Virus record (IMG/VR): IMGVR_UViG_3300013121_000029 | Coordinates: 64,001-128,000 of that record | DNA length: 64,000 nt | Strand: one strand, 5' to 3' | Source: a virus | Taxonomy: Duplodnaviria; Caudoviricetes | Shown: piece after piece, positions 39,880 to 48,689 of the stretch | How the letters are laid out: each line of letters opens with the position of its first letter | Position numbering within the stretch: position 1 is the stretch's first letter | The notes under the pieces: generated by a model | What the model saw: the letters and a program-made list of their open reading frames with translations, nothing else | What the model was told of the DNA's origin: nothing | Databases searched by the model: none | Translations under genes and position numbers: made by a program

Positions 39880-40859
39880 CATCTTACATTTAAGTCGCGT
39901 AATCGCTGGCGATTAGGTTTATACATTGTATCTGTTACATAAGTGGTGTCGGAATCGTTTTGAATCAAAAAATTCGATAATGCATGATATCGTGATTTTG
40001 GATGTGCCTCGTTTGATTTTGTTCGTGCTGGTGGTGCTACTCCACTTAACTGTTGAAGCATTTCTTTTTTCATCATATCGAATTCTGATGCATGATAAAT
40101 TAATTCTTTTCGTCTATATCTAGCTGGGGCTCGCATCATGGTAGGGTCATCTGGTAAAACAGAACCATCCTTTTCTGCTTTCTTTTTTCCTGTTATGCCA
40201 CTCAAAACAAAATATTCAATTCGTAATGTATTATCAATTGGTGCTAATACTTCATGAACTAAAGATATGTTAGAAATCAATGTTTGTGAAATTCCGCCAC
40301 GAAATGTCCATTCTAAGCCACGATGTTTCATAAAAGCCTTAGCTTCATCACTAAATTCATAATTTTTAAACATATTATATTTGGTTGCTAACATATCAAA
40401 AAGTTTGTCATATGACAAACATGGACCTTTTTGATGTAAAAAAACCATAGATGATATTAACCCAACGTTAATTAATTTCGGAGACGCGTTGCCGTGTCGA
40501 CCACCTGGTTGTGTGGATCTCCGATATTGCATAAAATACATTGCACCTTCGGGAGTTTCGGCCCAAGAATAAATTTTTCCAGACTTGTCGATTTCATTAA
40601 ATTTTATAAGTTTTAATATGTCGGAAGCATTTTCTGCGTTTAATATAGTTTTATGGCCTAAGTTTATCACACGATACATATCACAATGCTTAACGCATTC
40701 CGGAAAACGACGCATTATTGCTTGAACTAAAATGTTAATCCGTGAACCTTTCGTTGGAAAGGGATTAGCAGCAATACGTTCTGTCGCTTGTATAAACTGT
40801 AAAAGTAAAACTTCCTCATTAACTGCTTCAAACAAAGGTATGATTTCATTAATTTTCAT
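39879..40859 (-). CDS. putative ADP-ribosyltransferase-like virion-internal protein
   Basis: MKINEIIPLFE; MYRVI...YSWAE...HEVLAP (R-S-E pattern); TAAATA at 40880-40885. Confidence 0.5.
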   Translation of the reverse strand: MKINEIIPLFEAVNEEVLLLQFIQATERIAANPFPTKGSRINILVQAIMRRFPECVKHCDMYRVINLGHKTILNAENASDILKLIKFNEIDKSGKIYSWAETPEGAMYFMQYRRSTQPGGRHGNASPKLINVGLISSMVFLHQKGPCLSYDKLFDMLATKYNMFKNYEFSDEAKAFMKHRGLEWTFRGGISQTLISNISLVHEVLAPIDNTLRIEYFVLSGITGKKKAEKDGSVLPDDPTMMRAPARYRRKELIYHASEFDMMKKEMLQQLSGVAPPARTKSNEAHPKSRYHALSNFLIQNDSDTTYVTDTMYKPNRQRLRDLNVR

Positions 40860-40890
40860 AATACAGTCCAATTTTATTGTATTTATTCGT

Positions 40891-40985
40891 GGCACTTCAC
40901 AAACACAGTAGCAAATTGGTATTAAACGGCAGTTCCCGCCGACGCCTACCCAACCGTTAACGGTAACGGTCCTAAGGGTGGAGTT
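40891..40985 (-). ncRNA. structured repeat, copy 2
   Basis: 40914-40985 identical to 39808-39879. Confidence 0.65.
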
Positions 40986-41018
40986 TATGTTATTTTTAAG
41001 TTACGTGTTTGTTTTTTA

Positions 41019-41477
41019 TTATTTTACTAACACTAGTGCACAGGAGTAACTGTCAATATCAACCATGAGACATAATGTGTTGATTTGAGCAGTTTGTGTT
41101 AGAGAAAGAGCTTTTTGTTTAAACATACTAACTTGCTGTGCTACGTGGTTTTCCCATTCAGGATTTGCTCCATAATGAGCTTGTTCATCAGCAACAAATT
41201 TATTAATTTCTTGCATTAAGGCATTTACGTCACTAAATTTTCTTACAAACCCCTCATTTTCAGCTTGTTGTAGACTTAATTCAGAAAGATGACGGCTTAT
41301 ATCATAATTTTGATGATATGCAAAAACGACATCGTCGCCTGGTGATCCGAATTCTAAAATTGCAGCGTGACTGAATACATTTCCATGAGATTCAAGCAAT
41401 GCTTGAACTTTTTTATTATTTAAATCTATGCCTGCTGCTTCAAAAAAATGTTGAGGGTTAACTATTACTTTTGACAT
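41019..41477 (-). CDS. late hypothetical protein
   Basis: TAAATA at 41503-41508; FFE, LLE and ILE motifs near the N-terminus. Confidence 0.55.
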   Translation of the reverse strand: MSKVIVNPQHFFEAAGIDLNNKKVQALLESHGNVFSHAAILEFGSPGDDVVFAYHQNYDISRHLSELSLQQAENEGFVRKFSDVNALMQEINKFVADEQAHYGANPEWENHVAQQVSMFKQKALSLTQTAQINTLCLMVDIDSYSCALVLVK

Positions 41478-41550
41478 TATAAAATACCTTTAACTGTAAT
41501 TGTATTTATTACAACAATATAAAAATCTTTTTTTTACAGTAGACATTGTG

Positions 41551-41742
41551 TCATTGTGCACTTAATTGTTGCTTCTCCTTCTCATGTTCTTCTTTCATTT
41601 GTTTTAACGTAGAAGGAAACACTTCAGGATATAATACACATACTTGTTGATGTTCTGGAACATCATTAAACACAGACCAATCACGTGTCTCGTTAAAACG
41701 AATGATGCGGTCACGAATTTCAAATGGTGTTAAATAGTTCAT
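41551..41742 (-). CDS. hypothetical protein
   Basis: 63-aa ORF. Confidence 0.45.
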   Translation of the reverse strand: MNYLTPFEIRDRIIRFNETRDWSVFNDVPEHQQVCVLYPEVFPSTLKQMKEEHEKEKQQLSAQ

Positions 41743-41850
41743 ATATTTATTCTGCTCTACATTCAGGTTTAATTTGTGTTGTTAAACGTTTTGATTGATA
41801 ATATGCTGATTTTACACCACATATCAATCTATGTATTCATACAAATAACT

Positions 41851-41924
41851 TGGTGGACTGTACTGGAATCGAACCAGCAATCTTCCGGCGAAGCATAAAC
41901 CACACGGAGCCATCCAGAATCCCC
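41851..41924 (-). ncRNA. tRNA/tmRNA-like element C
   Basis: starts GGGGATTCTGGAT; T-arm GCTGG-TTCGATT-CCAGT; ends ACAGTCC-A-CCA; no canonical anticodon arm. Confidence 0.55.
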
Positions 41925-41932
41925 ATAAAAAA

Positions 41933-42052
41933 TCACATTCAGAGGAGTCGAACCTCTCATGTGGATTGCATGCCCACACTCTGCGACCAAGCACTGTGTC
42001 AGTTACCCACAACCTTGTCCGAATTGAACGGACCAAACACAGGTGAATGTAA
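41933..42052 (-). ncRNA. 120-nt tRNA-like element B with two T-loop hairpins
   Basis: closing stem TTACATTC/GAATGTGA; AGAGG-TTCGACT-CCTCT and GTCCG-TTCAATT-CGGAC. Confidence 0.6.
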
Positions 42053-42056
42053 TTTT

Positions 42057-42176
42057 TGGTGGAGATGACGAGAATCGAACTCGCCCGTCTACAGCCCTAA
42101 TTCGTGGCCAGGTTATCACGCATTACCGTTTTAGTTTACTGGCGGAACTAAGTCTCGTTTATTGATACGAGCATCA
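42057..42176 (-). ncRNA. ~120-nt tRNA-like element A
   Basis: 3' end GCGAG-TTCGATT-CTCGT-CATCTCC-A-CCA. Confidence 0.55.
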
Positions 42177-42179
42177 AAA

Positions 42180-42266
42180 TGGTGGCCAAGGTCGGACTCG
42201 AACCGACACGACATCTCTGCCAATGGATTTTGAATCCACCCCATCTACCAATTACAGCACTCGGCC
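42180..42266 (-). tRNA. tRNA-Leu(CAA)
   Basis: GTGGA-TT-CAA-AA-TCCAT, long variable arm, A73-CCA. Confidence 0.9.
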
Positions 42267-42275
42267 ATTTGTTAT

Positions 42276-42461
42276 TTAGTAATCATGCCAATCAGTACAC
42301 AATCCTTTTTTATCTGCCTCAAGAATATCAAGAATTTCCTGAGCAATTTTTTCTTGATCACCGTTTCTGTTCATAGTAACATGAATATATTGCAATCCAT
42401 TTTTTACTTCTTCTGCAATCAACTCATTTAATCTTTCAACTGCTGTCTTTTCATTACTCAT
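42276..42461 (-). CDS. hypothetical protein
   Basis: coupled small ORF. Confidence 0.5.
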   Translation of the reverse strand: MSNEKTAVERLNELIAEEVKNGLQYIHVTMNRNGDQEKIAQEILDILEADKKGLCTDWHDY

Positions 42462-42718
42462 AATTCATCATAAGGATTAATACCTTGTGCCTCTAATTTT
42501 GCTCTATGTTCATCATATTTTGCGAACAAATCTAATAAATTTTGTTCGACCGGCATTCCATCAAACATTCTTTTAATCGTTCCGTCAGGATTTCGTGCAA
42601 ACTTAAAATGTTTGTCAGCTGTATCTTTTTCCCAAGAGAATTTTACCTTACTTAATGTATTTGCTATTAATGCTTCTAGAGCAAGCAATTCTTCTTCTGT
42701 TTTATATGTATCTGTCAT
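42458..42718 (-). CDS. hypothetical protein
   Basis: coupled small ORF, GAGG RBS. Confidence 0.5.
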   Translation of the reverse strand: MTDTYKTEEELLALEALIANTLSKVKFSWEKDTADKHFKFARNPDGTIKRMFDGMPVEQNLLDLFAKYDEHRAKLEAQGINPYDEL

Positions 42719-42720
42719 AA

Positions 42721-43230
42721 TTACCTCAATACTTTCTTTATTTTATCCTTTATTCGAGTTTGTTTCAACTTTGACAAACCATCAATAAACGTTTTTCCAT
42801 CTAAATGTTCACATTCGTGTTGCACAGCAATTGCCATTAATCCATTATATATCTCTTCTACTAATTTTCCTTCCATGTTTGTATAATGAACATTTATAAA
42901 TTCGTATCTTACTGTTTCTTGAAATACTGATGGAAACGATAAGCATCCTTCTTTAATGCCAGTAGGAACACTTCTTGGTGATCTTGATGCCCACACAGGA
43001 TCGATCATTACTACCCATTCATTGTTATTTCTACTATTAGGAGCAAATACTACTATTCTTTTTAAATATCCAATTTGATTGGCAGCTAATGCATATCCAT
43101 CATTTTCGATACATATTTCTTTCATTCGTTCAATTACTTGTCTATCTTCATCTGTTAAATTATTAACAGGTTCGCATCGTTGTAATAATTTAGGATGTGG
43201 ATAATATAATAGATTATAATGTTTAGTCAT
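42721..43230 (-). CDS. def: peptide deformylase
   Basis: GYALAANQIG, EGCLS, QHECEHLDG. Confidence 0.92.
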   Translation of the reverse strand: MTKHYNLLYYPHPKLLQRCEPVNNLTDEDRQVIERMKEICIENDGYALAANQIGYLKRIVVFAPNSRNNNEWVVMIDPVWASRSPRSVPTGIKEGCLSFPSVFQETVRYEFINVHYTNMEGKLVEEIYNGLMAIAVQHECEHLDGKTFIDGLSKLKQTRIKDKIKKVLR

Positions 43231-45144
43231 TGTTTTCTCTATAATAATGAATTGGAACTGTTGAAGAAACGTTCTTTCCGCAGGTTACGTCTATTTTAGG
43301 GCCACCATCTTTATTAACAGTAGTAGTAATAGAACAATTAAAAGTACATCCCGTTAAGAGTATTATACTAAGAATTAATATGTTCGACAAGCGGGCCAGC
43401 GCAAAATACATGAAATATTATTTCACCATCCTTAACAAAGATCGTGTTAAAGTATTTAATGCTAAGCTCTGGTTGATTGATGGGATGTTCTTCTGGCAAT
43501 TCCCATTGTGTGGGAATGGTATAAAATACGTATGTTTCTTTATTTGGAACATCTACAGGTTCGAGAAACCATGCAAACATATGTTCGCCATTAGAACTAT
43601 GTACTTTAAGCAACGTGGAATGTCTAGGCACAATTATAACAGTAGGATCATTGATAGCTGGTTCAATTTCATACTGCATAATATGTCTTTTCATATGCAA
43701 CCACAAAACTTGTTATAATTATTTATCAGGAAAGTCAGGATATTTTATCTTATCCAATAATCCTTCTGTGCGTGATTGCAATAGTCTTGAAATTTTTGGG
43801 CAACTTTCGTAATTAGGAAGCAATCTGCTTATAAAATCGATTGTTTCTTGTGATGGTTGCAAATTTGGCTTTTGTTGATTATTCATCTGACACCTGTACA
43901 TATCCGTGATCTGACATCCATCCTACACATGATAGAAAATGGCTTTGTTTAGTTTTATAATTATACATTACATAATAATAATCATCATCCCCGTGCATTA
44001 TTCCAATAAATTTATGCAAGGTGTCAGTATAAAGATTGATATAATTGTTTCCAAGACATTCTTCATATCGACGGATAATGTTTCTCCAATTACCATAACA
44101 TATACAATTAGGATCTATTTTCGACATGTGTTATTTCTCACAATCGCCTTCTATTCATACCACATATAATTTGGTGCTCCAGGGGAGGATCGAACTCCCA
44201 CGCCCATTACAGGCCACAGATTCTTAGTCTGTGTTGTCTACCAGTTCCAGCACCGGAGCAATTTTTTAAATCTTTTTAGCCCAATTTTCGAAATATTCTT
44301 TACCACAAAATCCAATCATATTAGGATTATCTTTTACATAATAATGTGTAAATCCTGCGCTCCACGACATAGATGGTTTTATATTTAATTTCTTCGGTGG
44401 ATTCTCCCCATCAAAAGGAATTACTTCCCAATCGCATATCGGAAATATTTGTGGAAAAGCTCTTGGTAATGAAAATGCAGTTCTTGTACATTTATGTTTA
44501 GGCTTCATTATTTTCATACTCTATATTATCAATATGTTTCAAATCAAAATCAACTTTTACTAACGCTTTAACAACACCAAAATTCATACCATAACGTCCT
44601 TTTGATGTCAAGAATTCTCTACATTCAGGACATTTACAAAGACCTATTACTTTACGACGTTGTGTTTTACCTGGTTTCATCTTAAATAATTTCGAATGGA
44701 AAGGCTAGAAAAGTATATTGCAAAGTTTCACCTTTATATGTTTGTTCAACAATAAACTCTAATCTACCATCATTGTCCTGAATCTTAATTAATTTCAAAT
44801 CTTTACCATCACAGCATTTTAATATATCACCATAACTTTCTTGTGTTAACTGAATCATAACTACCTCAATAATGTGCATCTATTACAAAAAATCCCTCTT
44901 TGTGTTTATAAGCACAAAAAGCTGGAATATATTCACTCATCTCGTGATAATCCCATTCTAATTCTACAGCTTTCCAACCTGCTTGAAAGTATTGATCTTC
45001 AATACGTTGATATAGTACAGGCATATCGTCAGGTAAATTTTCTAACTTTTTCTTCAATTCCCCAACAGTTAAGCAATGAGGACGTGGATTGTCACGATAC
45101 TCGTCTGGAGTTATAAGATGTTTAGTTTCCATGTTAATTCTCAT
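43223..45144 (-). other. run of small hypothetical genes (43223-43411, 43368-43706, 43719-43901, 43879-44127, 44266-44517, 44498-44680, 44682-44879, 44866-45144)
   Basis: tightly tiled minus-strand ORFs; the first has a lipobox-like LLTGC. Confidence 0.5.
44172..44259 (-). tRNA. tRNA-Leu(AAG)
   Basis: ACAGA-CT-AAG-AA-TCTGT, long variable arm, A73-CCA. Confidence 0.85.
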
Positions 45145-45158
45145 GTATTTTAGTTAAT

Positions 45159-45229
45159 TGGCAGAGGATATATGAATTGAACATATCAAGTCAACGTTTG
45201 GAGTGTCGACACCGCCCAGCGGATCCTCT
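45159..45229 (-). tRNA. atypical tRNA-Trp(CCA)
   Basis: AGAGGAT/ATCCTCT-G-CCA; tiny D arm CCGC-TGG-GCGG; CT-CCA-AA in an extended stem. Confidence 0.65.
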
Positions 45230-45235
45230 TAAATT

Positions 45236-45310
45236 TGGTACTCTCGACCAGAGTTGAACTGGCGTTGCAAACTTGAAAGGTTTGAGTCCTAACCATTAGA
45301 CGACGAGAGC
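45236..45310 (-). tRNA. tRNA-Glu(UUC)
   Basis: CAAAC-CT-TTC-AA-GTTTG, CCA. Confidence 0.85.
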
Positions 45311-45474
45311 ATATATTATTTAGCTTGTTGTAATCGTTTCTCTTTAATTTGTTTATCCCAACTCTCGAGCGTTGCTTCAATTCTGTCGAGAATTCGCATA
45401 GCTTCCTTAATTAATTGTTGTTTTCTATACTCTTTTTTAATTTGGTCAGGAGTCATGTTGTTCACATTAAAATT

Positions 45475-45549
45475 TGGGGTGTCCAGAGAGAATCGGACTC
45501 TCGTAATCTGCGCCACAAGCAGAGGCTCTACCATTGAGCTATGGACACC
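45475..45549 (-). tRNA. tRNA-His(GUG)
   Basis: G-1:C73, TCTGC-TT-GTG-GC-GCAGA. Confidence 0.85.
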
Positions 45550-45592
45550 ATTGATATTATTTAAATATAATACATTATATATGATTCAGGTA

Positions 45593-45985
45593 CTACTTTG
45601 GCACTTTCATTCTTTCTATCATACCATCGTCATTGGAAAAATAAACATTTTTAATTCCAACGTGTGCAATTAAAGCCATACAATGTTCGCAAGGTTTAGA
45701 AATACGAAATTGTTTTTTCTGATTGATACGAATGACCATCAGATCGCAATCACGAAGATCTGTTTTTGCATTAAGAATCGCATCTACTTCAGCATGAATA
45801 GAATCAGGCCATTCTTGAAATTTGGGTTTCAATTTTCGTGTGAGACTATTAGTATGATTATGACCAACAGCAATAATTTTCTTTTTATTAAAAATTACTG
45901 CTCCCATACGAATTCTATAATCAGATTTTTCGGCCTGTTTAATTGCTGCACGAACAAGACTGATATAAGGAACTTTGCTTTGCAT
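45593..45985 (-). CDS. Zn-dependent deaminase (CDA/TadA/dCMP deaminase superfamily)
   Basis: GAVIF...AVGHN, HAEVDAI, KPCEHC; promoter TTGATT-17-TATAAT at 46008-46036. Confidence 0.85.
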   Translation of the reverse strand: MQSKVPYISLVRAAIKQAEKSDYRIRMGAVIFNKKKIIAVGHNHTNSLTRKLKPKFQEWPDSIHAEVDAILNAKTDLRDCDLMVIRINQKKQFRISKPCEHCMALIAHVGIKNVYFSNDDGMIERMKVPK

Positions 45986-46032
45986 AATAATCTCCGAATG
46001 TGAGAGTATTATATATGTGAGAATATGTTAAA

Positions 46033-46491
46033 TCAACGTTTAACAATAAAATACCAATGTCCTGCATCTGTTTTATAATAATCAATATTAGTTGTATATT
46101 TTGTAAACTCGGAAATAGCTTGTTTGTTTTCTTCTCGTGCTTGTATCGATGGCCTATCCGCAAATGTACTATAACGGGTTGCAGTGTAAAAATGTAATTG
46201 TTCGATGCACTGTTCTTTATCCATAATTTTTGTGTTGTTTCTTGTCCATAATACATGCGTAGGTGTATCATTGAAGATAAATCCGTTTTGTGTAGTATTC
46301 CAATATATTTGGCACACTTGTTTAATAGGAACATCGTTATATGTGCGTAGATCATATCTATATAACCACTTATATTCCTGGATAGAAATTCTATCCATGT
46401 TATATCCATATGCTTCAAGAACACTGTACATTCGCTTATAGAATTGCTCGAACGATTCGTTAGGTTTAACAATAAGGGACGACATCGTCAA
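46033..46491 (-). CDS. paralog array 2, member 4
   Basis: LEAYGY, KQVCQIYW, TTNIDYY. Confidence 0.65.
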   Translation of the reverse strand: MTMSSLIVKPNESFEQFYKRMYSVLEAYGYNMDRISIQEYKWLYRYDLRTYNDVPIKQVCQIYWNTTQNGFIFNDTPTHVLWTRNNTKIMDKEQCIEQLHFYTATRYSTFADRPSIQAREENKQAISEFTKYTTNIDYYKTDAGHWYFIVKR

Positions 46492-46957
46492 TTAATCCTC
46501 GTGGTAATTTAATATACACAAAGTTTGTTCCTGCTACTCTATACACAGTGCCGTTTGGTATTTTTGATATATACTGCTCAAATTGATTGATGTGTACTCT
46601 ACCTAGAGTGGGAACAGAACTTGGTTTAATATTACGTATATCATTTAGTGCTTGTGATGTTGATTTATATCTGAAAATGTTTGATACTAGTTGGTTCGAT
46701 GGTACATTACTCATAAAATAAGACCAATAAAATGGATCAGGAGTATCGCTAAACGTCCAACACCAAGCACTTTCTTGCTGCCAATAAAGTTGGCAAACTT
46801 GGTATAATCCTATTCTCGTAAGTGGCTTATTATAATTAAATCTCAATTTGTTAATGTATTCTACTGGAATTTGGTTAATTGGTGGATATCCTAACGTGTC
46901 AAGAATATTAGATAATTTTTCTTCTGAAATGTCTGGTGCTATTTCATTTAAACGCAT
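46466..46957 (-). CDS. paralog array 2, member 3
   Basis: MRLNEIAP, LDTLGY, YQVCQLYW. Confidence 0.65.
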   Translation of the reverse strand: MRLNEIAPDISEEKLSNILDTLGYPPINQIPVEYINKLRFNYNKPLTRIGLYQVCQLYWQQESAWCWTFSDTPDPFYWSYFMSNVPSNQLVSNIFRYKSTSQALNDIRNIKPSSVPTLGRVHINQFEQYISKIPNGTVYRVAGTNFVYIKLPRGLIDDVVPYC

Positions 46958-46960
46958 GAA

Positions 46961-47410
46961 TTACCTCTTAACCACTAAGTACCAATCACGATTAAACATT
47001 TTATAATAATCCACATTTGTTAATTTTTTAGTATATTCAGAAAACTCTTCAAACATTGTGTCCCATAACTCATGAGTGCCAGAGTCACCTAGTGTATGGT
47101 TCTTATTCTTCATCGACGTGTTTATTGTTTGTAAGCAGTGTTCTCTTGAAGAAAAAAGGTGGAATTGCGTATAATTCATATTCCAATAAAAAGATTGTGG
47201 TTCTTCAAGAATTTCATATGTTTGTAAAGAAGAATTCCATTCAAACGCAACTACCTGTTTTAAAAAACGTTTACCTATGGTATGAAAGTTGTCCATCATC
47301 CATTCTATATCATTAGGTGATATAGTGTCTAGATTATACCCTAACATATCCAGATATTGTTCTAACTTTTCTTTAGATATGCTAGGAACAGCAATTTCAT
47401 TAAGTTTCAT
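46961..47410 (-). CDS. paralog array 2, member 2
   Basis: MKLNEIAVP, LDMLGY, KQVVAFEW, LTNVDYY. Confidence 0.65.
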   Translation of the reverse strand: MKLNEIAVPSISKEKLEQYLDMLGYNLDTISPNDIEWMMDNFHTIGKRFLKQVVAFEWNSSLQTYEILEEPQSFYWNMNYTQFHLFSSREHCLQTINTSMKNKNHTLGDSGTHELWDTMFEEFSEYTKKLTNVDYYKMFNRDWYLVVKR

Positions 47411-47411
47411 A

Positions 47412-47882
47412 TTATTTTCTTTGTTTAACACAAACAAAATCAGGCATTATCAACAAACCTTTGTTAGTAGTTAATCTAGCGTTATCAGACATTATATATA
47501 ATTGTGTATTCGTAAATTTCTGAATGTACTCCTTAAAAAAATCATACTGTGCTAATACTGATTGTTGCAATTTAGGGGCGTTAGGAATCAGCATTAAAGC
47601 TTTCTCAACATATGAATCCATTTGGTCGATTGTAATTTTTATAGCATATTCTTCCCAAAACTGTGGCGATGGTTGTGTTATTAACCTATATTGTTGTGGA
47701 ATAAGATCCCACTTTATTGCTGCAATTTGAGGAACTAGATATTTAATCCAATTATAATTACTTAATACAAATCCAACTTCTATTCTTGGAAGTTTCTCCA
47801 TATCATAACCAAACGCTTCTAATTCGTGTTCAATTTGGTCGGCAGTTTTAGTTGTACTTTCGACTAATTCTTTAAGTTTCAT
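47412..47882 (-). CDS. paralog array 2, member 1
   Basis: MKLKELVES, LEAFGY, PQIAAIKW, FTNTQLY. Confidence 0.65.
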   Translation of the reverse strand: MKLKELVESTTKTADQIEHELEAFGYDMEKLPRIEVGFVLSNYNWIKYLVPQIAAIKWDLIPQQYRLITQPSPQFWEEYAIKITIDQMDSYVEKALMLIPNAPKLQQSVLAQYDFFKEYIQKFTNTQLYIMSDNARLTTNKGLLIMPDFVCVKQRK

Positions 47883-48661
47883 TCTTCTAACAACTCTTTA
47901 TACTTGGAGAGTTCATGTGAATTGTCATGATCCCATGGATGAAATCCAGGACGGAACCAATCTAACCAACGTGGAATTGCTTTACCGAAAGTCGCTGGAT
48001 GTACAAATAAGAATTTAACTGTGGAAGCAATATTTGCAATATTTAATTGCTTATTTTGATGTAATAAAGTAACATATCGTTCTGATAACCATACCAAGAA
48101 AATAGCCGTTGCTAATACTAATGCTACACATCTGATGATATATCCTTGAACTTTAGACTTGAGCATAACATCATCATATAAATCATATGCTACAGCTTTG
48201 TGATTCGTTTCTTCAAGTGCATGCCAGGTCCACATATTTCTAAATTCTTCATCAGATTGTAAAAAAGAATCAATATCTTCTAATAATCCTTGAGCAAGAA
48301 TTGCTGTTAAATGTTCTAAAGCGCAAGTAGCTGCTAGATTAAAGGTGGGTGGTAATTTTTCGGATAATACGTCTAATGCTCTTTCTAATAATACATCAAA
48401 TTTTGGAGTATTAAGCATTTTGTTTAATTTTTGATGTTCTCTACCGTGAAATCCTTCTTGGCCAATGAACCCTGAGATTTGTTCTTGAACGTCTGAATGA
48501 TGGCGCAATGCTCTAACAGAACGAATAAAATATCTTTCACCAGCAGGAAAGAATAAAGACATAGCATTTAAGAATTGTGTAACACCAGGACCACTTTCAT
48601 GCCAATTATTGACAACGTTAGAATTTAAATTGAATTTTTTGTTGAGCGGAATGATTTTCAT
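47879..48661 (-). CDS. predicted metal-dependent hydrolase (ferritin-like di-metal)
   Basis: FPAGERYFI, FIGQEGFHGREH, ALEHLTA, WHALEETNHKAVAYD. Confidence 0.85.
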   Translation of the reverse strand: MKIIPLNKKFNLNSNVVNNWHESGPGVTQFLNAMSLFFPAGERYFIRSVRALRHHSDVQEQISGFIGQEGFHGREHQKLNKMLNTPKFDVLLERALDVLSEKLPPTFNLAATCALEHLTAILAQGLLEDIDSFLQSDEEFRNMWTWHALEETNHKAVAYDLYDDVMLKSKVQGYIIRCVALVLATAIFLVWLSERYVTLLHQNKQLNIANIASTVKFLFVHPATFGKAIPRWLDWFRPGFHPWDHDNSHELSKYKELLEE

Positions 48662-48689
48662 AGATGCTCCTACAATATAAGGTATTTAA

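Noticed and set aside
39784-40985. rRNA gene fragment, engineered I-CeuI site or CRISPR array
   Set aside because: Only 14 contiguous nt match 23S and the segments are permuted; the full I-CeuI site is absent; two copies 1.1 kb apart with no spacers or cas genes do not form an array.
41851-42176. Canonical tmRNA (ssrA)
   Set aside because: Too short, and no convincing resume motif or tag ending in AA; kept only as tmRNA-like termini.
45575-45595. TAG readthrough at the end of the deaminase
   Set aside because: Would add only about six residues, so it is uninformative.
38257-45673. ORFs overlapping tRNA genes (38257..38442, 38827..39075, 41824..42036, 42179..42376, 45186..45380, 45455..45673)
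   Set aside because: Explained by GC-rich tRNA sequence; a short real gene may start near 45456 on the minus strand.
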